Part shown: piece after piece, positions 20,267 to 26,412 of the stretch
How positions within the stretch are numbered: position 1 is the stretch's first letter
Layout of the letters: every line of letters begins with the position of its first letter
Assembly: GCA_031425655.1 (NCBI GenBank)
Contig: JANPJS010000181.1
Coordinates: 1 to 26,412 of the forward strand
Length of the DNA stretch: 26,412 nucleotides
DNA from: Abditibacteriaceae bacterium
Lineage (GTDB): Bacteria; Armatimonadota; Abditibacteriia; Abditibacteriales; Abditibacteriaceae
Direction: 5' to 3'
Translations under genes and position numbers: made by a program
The notes under the pieces: generated by a model
What the model was told of the DNA's origin: nothing
The model's input: only the letters and a program-made list of their open reading frames with translations
The model's database searches: none

Positions 20267-21517
20267 TCATTTCATCATCATGGCGAGCGTCGCCTCAGCG
20301 AATCCCTTGCCCATCAGCGCAAACGTTTTGGCGCAGCCGAGATAGTGGTAGCCGGCATTCGATGCTCCGCGTTTCCATACGGCGACTTCTGCTGGCGAGA
20401 TGAGTTTGGCTTCAAACTCTTTCAAGTGTTCTTGCTTCTGCGCCTCGGTCATGTGGCCGTCGGCGTTCGGGTGGTCCTTGTGCTTGGAATCGAGGAAATA
20501 TCGCATCTGGTTCACCTTGTCATGCTTGTCGGCGATGGCTCCGAGTTCCATTGACCAAAACGGCGCGGTCTGGACGGCGGAGACATTGCCTGCAAACTCC
20601 GGTAGCAGCGACGGCGCCGTCATGGCCTCGCGGAAGGCGACGATGTCTGCACCCGCCTTTGTGCCGCCGACGCCCATCACGCCGATGACAAATGGCATCT
20701 TCGGCACGTTGAATTCCTTGCGCACATCACGGATGAAGTGTGTGAGCAATTCTGAGTAGAGCGCGAAGCGATCCGGCTTGTTATGGCCCGGATAAACGTG
20801 ACCATCTACCATGTCGTTCCAGCCCTGGAGCCAGACAAAGCCACCGAGTTCGTAGCCCTGTGCGGGATCGTATTGCGGATAGACCCGCTTCACGTCGCCG
20901 AGCACCTTTTTCACATGCCCGATCATCAGGCGATAGTAGTGGCCGGTCTCCCTGGCCTTATCGGCTTTCCACTTCTCGAAATCCTTCGGGATGCCATGCC
21001 CTTCCTGCTTGGGGTAATTTTCCCGCTGAAACGAACTCAATTGATATGGCCCCGCGCTCGGCGGGCGGAAATCGGTATGAAGGCTCTTGCCGCCCCACGC
21101 CGTCTTGATGATGAGGACAGGCTCATCCAGCGCCGCATCCATCGCGATGCCGAAGGTGAATTCCGGGCCGATCTTGCCGCCATCCCTGGCGGGATTTTGC
21201 CGCGCTCCGTAACCGGCGGTCAACTTGCCAAACCCTTCGCCGTTGGTGTCACCGCCTGTCAGGTAGCTGATCCAAGCGTGCTCACAGACACGCGGCTTGC
21301 CATCCGCGCCGCGCATTTGCTTCAGCAGCGGCGCGGTGGCCGGGTCATCGCCGATGTAATCAAACGTCTCAATCTTGGCATGACCCTCCATGTTCGACTG
21401 CCCGGCGAGGATGAAGACTTTGAGCGGCTTCGCGTCCGCGTTGGCGGCGGCGAAGAGTGCGGTGATGAGGAAGGTGGCGACGTGTTTCATGGGGGTGCTT
21501 GTTGAATGGTGCTTCAT
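20267..21517 (-). CDS. Secreted sialate O-acetylesterase-like (SASA) SGNH hydrolase
   Basis: 416 aa (alternative start 21490). VFILAGQSNMEG, GPEFTFG, KTAWGGKSL, WLQGWND, SNAGYHYLG. ATGA overlap with the upstream gene. Confidence 0.9.
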   Translation of the reverse strand: MKHHSTSTPMKHVATFLITALFAAANADAKPLKVFILAGQSNMEGHAKIETFDYIGDDPATAPLLKQMRGADGKPRVCEHAWISYLTGGDTNGEGFGKLTAGYGARQNPARDGGKIGPEFTFGIAMDAALDEPVLIIKTAWGGKSLHTDFRPPSAGPYQLSSFQRENYPKQEGHGIPKDFEKWKADKARETGHYYRLMIGHVKKVLGDVKRVYPQYDPAQGYELGGFVWLQGWNDMVDGHVYPGHNKPDRFALYSELLTHFIRDVRKEFNVPKMPFVIGVMGVGGTKAGADIVAFREAMTAPSLLPEFAGNVSAVQTAPFWSMELGAIADKHDKVNQMRYFLDSKHKDHPNADGHMTEAQKQEHLKEFEAKLISPAEVAVWKRGASNAGYHYLGCAKTFALMGKGFAEATLAMMMK

Positions 21518-23910
21518 TTGAGCCGGATGAGTTGCGGTGATTCCGTCGAGGCTTCGATGGCCTGAATCGTCTCGCGGACGTTCTTGGCCTTTTGCAGCAT
21601 GAGTTCCTTGGGAAAGTCCTTTTCGTCCTTTTCGAAATAGTTGGCCAGCGCCGTCAGTTCGGGAACGACCGCCTTGGCGTGGGTGCCGTAGCTGAGCAGG
21701 ACTTTCATCAATTCAGGTGTGCGAGTCTGGCTGTCCCACGGATTCTGATCGCGCGCGTATTTCACGCAGGCGGCGATGCCTTCCTCGATTCGGTGTTTGG
21801 CCAGCAGGCGAAGTCCCTCCACGCGAATCGAGTCGGCGAACATTTCACCGCTGGGGGCCGGTTCAATGATCGCCTGGTGGACGGCGGGCAAAAGCGGCTT
21901 GATTTCTTCGACGGAGAGGTTGCGATAGACCGAAGCGAACGCACCCCGCGCGCGGCCATCCTGATTTTTTAGCCCGGCCCGCACCGCCTTGTAAAGCGCT
22001 TCGCGGTCCACGCCGGCCAGCGACCGATTGAGCATCCCGTCGCCATCGAAAAGCGCGAAGGTGAGATAGCGTTGCTGCATGTTGCGCGGGTCGTTTTTCG
22101 TGTCCGCCTGCGTCAGCAGTTCGAGCAGTTGCGGCACCGCCGGCATGGCGGGCGCGCCGATGGCGGCCAACGCCTCGGCAGCTTTGACGCGCAGCCAGAG
22201 ATCTTTTTGCGCCAGCAATTTCCTCAGCGGCTCGACGGCGGGCGCGCCGCGCCCGCGCAGGGCGACCAGCGCCTGACACGCGCCGTAGCGGGTTTCCAAG
22301 GCGGGCGATTCCAGCATTTTCAGCAGCGGCGGAATGGGAACGTCTTTGCGGCGCGCCAGCGCCATCGCGGCCCGCTCGCGCACCACCGGCGACCAAATGG
22401 CGAGGCGTTCCAAAAGCTGCTCGGCGCTGAGTTGGTCGTAGGCGCTGTTGCGGTCTTTATTGCTCCAACCGCGCCCGTCGTTGATGAGTGCTTGCGCGGC
22501 GGCGGCGCTGAGTTGCGGGGTGAAGGCGGGGCGTTTTCCAGTCAGGAAAATTTTCTTCAGCGGCATCGCGCTGGCCAGCAGGTAGGCGCCGGTGCAGTCC
22601 CAGCCGGCGTAGCTGTCGTTTTCCGGCTCCGGCGGGCCTTGGTGCAGAAAACCGCCGTCCCAACGGCGCGCGAGGTCGAAATACCAGCCGCCAAACTCCT
22701 GCATCCACGCGCCGGTGGCATTTGGCCCCGACTGCATCACGCCGGGCACCGCCCACACCATGTTGAAAAAATTGCCGGTGTGCCCGGTGTCGCGCTCCGG
22801 GCCATGCGAAGCCACGCTCATGCGCGAGTAGAATTCCGCAATTTTCGGCTCGCCGAGCAGGTTGAACAGCACGGCGGCCATGCCGCACTTGCCGTTGTCG
22901 TCGTGGTTCTCAATCCACGGATGATGGTCGCCATAAGGAATCGCGCCCTTGCCGGCATAGAAGCGCAGCAGGCGCGCGCTAAGCTCGATGGCGTTGGATA
23001 TTTCCGGCTCTTTGACGCCGGCCCTCCACGCCAACGCCAGCCCGATGGTCATCGGCAATCCCGGCGAATTCATCATGCCGTAGCCGCCCAGCCGTCCATC
23101 GGGCTTCGAGAAGCCGTGGCCCCACGAACCGACCGCGCTTTGGCCTTTGGCAGATTCCAGCGCGAGACGGCGCAGGCCCGGCAAAACCGACTGGTCGCCG
23201 GTGGCCAAGACATATTCGCCGAGCATCATCATCAGGTAGCTGTAGTGCCAGGTCTGCATCGAGTTCGAGGAAAAGCCCGCCGCCCACTCGGCCTCTTTTT
23301 TGACCAACGGCAAGTAGTCGGCATTGCCGCTGGCCAACAAAGCCAGCGCATTCATCGAACGCACGATGGGGTCGTCCCTGCCCGCCGGTTTCGCCATCTT
23401 CGCGGCCAGCGCCTTGCAACCTTGCTCCAAAATGCGCTTTGATTTCGCGCAGCTATAGGGCGCGGTCGCGCCGTAGCTGCCGAGCACCGGGAGCTTGACG
23501 ACGACCTCTTCGGCTTTGCCCGCACGCCAGCGGGTCAGCGTGAGTTTGCCACCGCCCGCCGCCGTTTCCGCCGCCGTGATGGCCTTGCCCAACTCGGTGC
23601 GCGGGTCGTAGGAAAACATCTTGCCGCCGACGCCGAGCAGCACGTCGCCGACCGCGAAAGTGCCATCGGTGGGCGAGCCTTTTTCGACTTTGGTGATGGA
23701 GATTTGGCGGGCGTCGCTGGTCACCATTTGGTCGCAAAACATCCAGCCACGCAGCCCCGTGGGGCCGAGGTTCCAGTCGTGCGGCGCGCCTTTGGGAATA
23801 GCATCGCCCCTGGTGAAGTCGGGAATCGTCAACGTCTTGGCATTGCCGGCGGCCAAAGCCGGAAGCGACGCGGCGAGGAGGGCGGCGAGGGTGAGAAATT
23901 TGTTTTTCAT
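21514..23910 (-). CDS. Secreted DUF6288-like protein: PDZ-like N-terminus, helical core, HEAT repeats
   Basis: 798 aa from ATG 23910. Signal peptide; WNLGPTGLRGW, VEKGSP...VGDVLLGV (PDZ-like); QSAVGSWGH, GAIPYGDHHPW, HDDNGK, TGHTGNFF; HEAT-like VRERAAMALA, RYGACQALV, LRVKAAEALAAIG. Confidence 0.75.
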   Translation of the reverse strand: MKNKFLTLAALLAASLPALAAGNAKTLTIPDFTRGDAIPKGAPHDWNLGPTGLRGWMFCDQMVTSDARQISITKVEKGSPTDGTFAVGDVLLGVGGKMFSYDPRTELGKAITAAETAAGGGKLTLTRWRAGKAEEVVVKLPVLGSYGATAPYSCAKSKRILEQGCKALAAKMAKPAGRDDPIVRSMNALALLASGNADYLPLVKKEAEWAAGFSSNSMQTWHYSYLMMMLGEYVLATGDQSVLPGLRRLALESAKGQSAVGSWGHGFSKPDGRLGGYGMMNSPGLPMTIGLALAWRAGVKEPEISNAIELSARLLRFYAGKGAIPYGDHHPWIENHDDNGKCGMAAVLFNLLGEPKIAEFYSRMSVASHGPERDTGHTGNFFNMVWAVPGVMQSGPNATGAWMQEFGGWYFDLARRWDGGFLHQGPPEPENDSYAGWDCTGAYLLASAMPLKKIFLTGKRPAFTPQLSAAAAQALINDGRGWSNKDRNSAYDQLSAEQLLERLAIWSPVVRERAAMALARRKDVPIPPLLKMLESPALETRYGACQALVALRGRGAPAVEPLRKLLAQKDLWLRVKAAEALAAIGAPAMPAVPQLLELLTQADTKNDPRNMQQRYLTFALFDGDGMLNRSLAGVDREALYKAVRAGLKNQDGRARGAFASVYRNLSVEEIKPLLPAVHQAIIEPAPSGEMFADSIRVEGLRLLAKHRIEEGIAACVKYARDQNPWDSQTRTPELMKVLLSYGTHAKAVVPELTALANYFEKDEKDFPKELMLQKAKNVRETIQAIEASTESPQLIRLK

Positions 23911-23925
23911 CGGTTGCTCTTTCAA

Positions 23926-25563
23926 TTATTTCTGTGCGAGATAGCCGCGCGCGAGAACTTCGCCCAGTTCCACAATTCCCGCTGTAGTAATGACCAGCTT
24001 TTCGGGTTGTGGGGGCAGGTCGAAGGCTTTGATGCGAATCAAAGCCGGGTCGGCGGCGGCCAGAGCGTCTAACTTGGCGGTAATATCAATGCGGTTGAGT
24101 CCCTTTTCATCAATGGGCGGTTGCTGGCTGACAAACCACTTGAGCGCGGGCAAGCCCAAATCCTCGCGGCTTTTGGCGATGGTGGATTGCAGCCATTGGG
24201 CGGCGTCGTTGCGATACGGCCCGAAGGCCATTTCGTTTTCGCCGACGTGGTAAAAAATGCCTGCCAGTTCCACGGTGTGACCTTTGGCTTGCAAGTCTTT
24301 GATGGACTCCTGAACAAACGCGATGAACGTCGGATAGAGGTTGAGGTCTTTGGCATTCGTGCCTTGCGGCGTCCAGTCGTTCATTTGCGAGCCGCTGTGC
24401 GTGAACTTGGCGATGGCGATGTTGCCGGGGAGTTTGTCTTGCAGCGCGCGGCCAAAACTCAGTTCGGGGCCGAAGGTATCGTAGAATCCGGCGGGACCGA
24501 GCGGCTCCCAGCCGTTCGAGACTTTGTAGCCGCCGCCGATGCTGTATTTATAAGCGATGCGGTTTTCGTCGTTGGCCAGCGTTTCTTTGCCCGCCAGCGT
24601 TTTTAGCTCCTGCGTGAAAGCGCGCTCGCCTTCCATGTTGCGGTGTCCGGCGAGGATGAAAAGTTTGACCGCGCTGCGTTTTTTGTAAGGCCATTTTTTC
24701 AGCGGTCGCGCAGTAGTGGTCTTTTTGCCAATCGTGCGCAAATAGGCATCGGCGTAGTTGACGCCGTGTTGCAGTTGCCCCAGCGTGCCGTAGTGATAAT
24801 GCAAACCATCGCCGCCGATTTCCACTGCGTCGTGCGATGTGGGAACGTATTCCGCCAGCGTGTCGGCCTGCGCGACAGCTTTTTGCGCGGTGCGAATCGC
24901 ATACATATTGTCGCGGTTATCCATGCCCCAAATAGTCTTGGTGCAAAGCTCGCCAATGTAGAATTTCAGGCCCGGCAGCTTCAGGTCGCGCCGCCAACTG
25001 GCGAGAAAGTTTTGCAAGTTCGCGGCGTAGGCGGGCTTGAATTTGGCGTCGAACATATCGTTCTCGCCCTGATGCCACATAAAACCCTCGATGCGATACG
25101 GCCTTTTTTGGCGCTCCAACTCGGCCAGCGAAGCGCGCACCAGTTCCAATGCCAGCGGGTAAAGCTTAAAGCCGCTGGGGTTGTCGGGATTCCAATCGGT
25201 GGCCAGCGTGGTGCCGCCCGAAGCGCATTTGATGATGGCGATGGGCGCTTTGGTTTCCTGCGCCACGCGGCGCGCGAAGCTCAGTTCCGGCCCAAAATAA
25301 TCGCCCGTCGGCTGCATGGCCGTCCAGCCGTTCGAGGACTGCATTTGCTCACGCCCCAGCTTGTAGGAAAACAGCACGTCTTGTTGCGGCTTGTCCAAAC
25401 CGGCAAACGGCGGAAAACGCTTGATGTCCGCGACTCTGGAATGCGAGCCGACCATGTTGGACTGGCCCGCGAAGATGAAAACGCGCAGGGTTTTGGTGTC
25501 GTCGGCGCAGCGCCCGGCGAGGGGCAGTATGAGCAGAGCGGCGAGGATGAGAAGTTTTTTCAT
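23926..25563 (-). CDS. Secreted protein with two tandem SASA O-acetylesterase domains, the second degenerate
   Basis: 545 aa. Domain 1: FAGQSNMVG, FGPELSF, WHQGEND, DGLHYH. Domain 2: LAGHRNMEG, FGPELSFG, YHVGENE, no equivalent C-terminal His. Confidence 0.87.
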   Translation of the reverse strand: MKKLLILAALLILPLAGRCADDTKTLRVFIFAGQSNMVGSHSRVADIKRFPPFAGLDKPQQDVLFSYKLGREQMQSSNGWTAMQPTGDYFGPELSFARRVAQETKAPIAIIKCASGGTTLATDWNPDNPSGFKLYPLALELVRASLAELERQKRPYRIEGFMWHQGENDMFDAKFKPAYAANLQNFLASWRRDLKLPGLKFYIGELCTKTIWGMDNRDNMYAIRTAQKAVAQADTLAEYVPTSHDAVEIGGDGLHYHYGTLGQLQHGVNYADAYLRTIGKKTTTARPLKKWPYKKRSAVKLFILAGHRNMEGERAFTQELKTLAGKETLANDENRIAYKYSIGGGYKVSNGWEPLGPAGFYDTFGPELSFGRALQDKLPGNIAIAKFTHSGSQMNDWTPQGTNAKDLNLYPTFIAFVQESIKDLQAKGHTVELAGIFYHVGENEMAFGPYRNDAAQWLQSTIAKSREDLGLPALKWFVSQQPPIDEKGLNRIDITAKLDALAAADPALIRIKAFDLPPQPEKLVITTAGIVELGEVLARGYLAQK

Positions 25564-25653
25564 GGGGAATTCGTTTTGCGGAAACGGCGAATTTGAGATA
25601 GTTTACGCGGCTGCTCCGTTGCCGCCGACGCAAGCCGCCCGCAAACTACGGTC

Positions 25654-26412
25654 ATGCAATCTCAACATCCACTTTCTCGCCGGTCGTTTCTTGGCGCCGC
25701 CACCGCCGCCGGGGCTGCCGTTTTGTTGCCGGGCCAGCCGTCCGCAGCCGCGCCGACTCCGATCACCGTTCCGCCCGCCGATTACAAAATCCAAAAGGGC
25801 CGCATCCGCCATTCGGTCATGGGCTGGTGCTTCAACCCGATGCCCACCGAGCAGCTCATCGAGGCCTGCCACAAAATGGGCATGACCGCGATGGAGGGCA
25901 TTGACAAAAAGTTTTTCCCGAACCTGCGCGAGCGCGGCATGAAAGTCTCGCTGACCGGCAGTCACGGCTTCAAAAACGGCCCGACCAGTCGCGCCAACCA
26001 CGCCGAAGTGATTGCCAAACTGCGCGAAGGCATTGATCTGGCGGTGGAATTCGGCGCGCCCGGCGTCATCACGTTTACGGGAATGCGCGAAAAAGGCCTG
26101 AGCGACGAACAAATGTCGGCCAACTGCGTGGACGCCTGGAAACAGGTCGTCGGCTACGCCGAGCAAAAAGGCGTGAACATTTGCTTAGAGCATCTCAACT
26201 CGCGCGATGGCTCGCATCCCATGAAGGGCCACCCCGGTTACTTCGGCGATCACGTGGATTTTTGCGTGGAGCTCATCAAACAAGTCGGTTCGCCGCGCAT
26301 GAAGCTGCTCTTCGACATTTACCACGTGCAAATCATGGACGGCGACGTGACCAGCCGCTTGAAGCAGCATATTGACGTGATTGGCCACATCCATACCGCC
26401 GGCGTGCCCGGA
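25654..26412 (+). CDS. Tat-exported hydroxypyruvate isomerase-like / xylose-isomerase-like TIM barrel (AP_endonuc_2); 3' end outside the window
   Basis: Manual translation, 253 codons open to the edge: MQSQHPLSRRSFLGAATAAGAA (twin-arginine signal), GRIRHSVMGWCF, ICLEHLNSRD, HPGY, KLLFDIYHVQIMDGD, IGHIHTAGVPG. Absent from the ORF track. Confidence 0.88.
   Translation, partial: MQSQHPLSRRSFLGAATAAGAAVLLPGQPSAAAPTPITVPPADYKIQKGRIRHSVMGWCFNPMPTEQLIEACHKMGMTAMEGIDKKFFPNLRERGMKVSLTGSHGFKNGPTSRANHAEVIAKLREGIDLAVEFGAPGVITFTGMREKGLSDEQMSANCVDAWKQVVGYAEQKGVNICLEHLNSRDGSHPMKGHPGYFGDHVDFCVELIKQVGSPRMKLLFDIYHVQIMDGDVTSRLKQHIDVIGHIHTAGVPG

Noticed and set aside
25603..26394. Minus-strand ORFs of 187 and 69 aa
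   Set aside because: Shadows of the plus-strand Tat-exported isomerase-like gene.

Overview
Bacterial DNA with two parts. Left (1-4711, minus strand): a translationally coupled three-gene restriction-modification-like cassette. It encodes a short SAM-binding MTase-like protein, an Eco57I-type N6-adenine MTase with a low-GC C-terminal half, and a T5orf172/GIY-YIG + SF2 helicase gene that runs off the window and is missing from the ORF track. The rest (4941-26412) is a polysaccharide-utilisation-like region with no SusC/SusD or TonB-dependent receptor in view. A LacI - heparinase II/III-like lyase - sulfatase - sodium:solute symporter operon is divergent from a DUF1559/H-X9-DG prepilin-like gene, with a palindromic operator between them. 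A convergent cluster follows: two more sulfatases, three SASA O-acetylesterase genes (one frameshifted, one with a degenerate second domain), a DUF6288/HEAT protein and an unknown-domain + GH5-like fusion. The window ends in a Tat-exported Hyi-like isomerase. This cluster is a patchwork with several gene remnants and a perfect 34-bp direct repeat bracketing one sulfatase. The prepilin style suggests an Armatimonadota/Abditibacteriota-like host, and many enzymes resemble Verrucomicrobia/Planctomycetes proteins (inference). Family assignments come from motif recognition, not database searches.
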